DNA of 64,000 nt from Octopus vulgaris (lineage: Eukaryota). The stretch is from positions 35,030,001 to 35,094,000 of the forward strand of contig OX597820.1 of the NCBI GenBank assembly GCA_951406725.2, given 5' to 3'. The position numbers and the translations under genes are program-made. How positions within the stretch are numbered: the stretch's first letter is position 1; each line of letters starts with the position of its first letter. The notes below the pieces were generated by a model. That model did no database searches. It was not told the origin of the DNA and saw only the letters and a list, made by a program, of their open reading frames with translations. Positions 63,590 to 64,000 of this stretch are shown piece after piece.

Positions 63590-64000
63590 CACACTATACT
63601 ATGAGGCACTGCTTTGTCTATCACTGCAGCTCAAACGAGCTTGCTGGATTCAATAAAAACACAGATAATTACGTAAATAAATGGCATATAACCCTTAGAG
63701 GCGAATCAAAATCAAGACTTTATCAAATGAGCTAGATGGCTGCTACATACGGGTGCTAGAATGGCCCTAAATGTGGACTGGCAACGTCATATAACAAACA
63801 AATGTCTATATGGAGATCTGTCGGAAGTTAGCAAGAAGATCAAGCAAAGACGGCTGCGACTATCTGGTCACTTCATGCGCCACCCTGAGCTACAAGCTTT
63901 CAAATTAGTCTTGTGGAACCTACTTCATGGTGATATAAGAAAGGAAAATGTCACATTTACATCGACAATTTGATCACAGACACTGGCTTGGAATGTATCT
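63590..64000 (+). mobile_element. RTE-clade LINE ORF2 C-terminal remnant
   Basis: LDGCYIRVLRMALNVDWQRHITNKCLYGDL...IKQRRLRLSGHFMRHPE. Confidence 0.8.

Overview
Repeat-saturated, AT-rich eukaryotic intergenic DNA. I infer a coleoid cephalopod, most likely Octopus, from the tRNA-derived CORE- and Meta-type SINEs and the microsatellite density. No host protein-coding gene is supportable; nearly all ORFs in the track are translated microsatellites, SINEs or tRNA genes. The backbone is a dispersed initiator-Met tRNA cluster undergoing birth and death: 10 intact or near-intact copies, one anticodon-shifted copy and at least 12 decayed remnants, built largely by local inverted duplications. Transposons present are a Penelope-like (Neptune-type) GIY-YIG C-terminus, CR1, RTE and gypsy remnants, two mariners, MITEs and non-autonomous Helitrons. 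The most unusual signals are (1) several distinct hammerhead-ribozyme-bearing short elements, including a tRNA-headed SINE with an internal hammerhead seen at three loci and a retrozyme-like unit with terminal direct repeats, and (2) long foldback hairpins, two of which share a conserved TATA-containing one-sided leader. All alignments and folds were done by eye; repeat boundaries are approximate.
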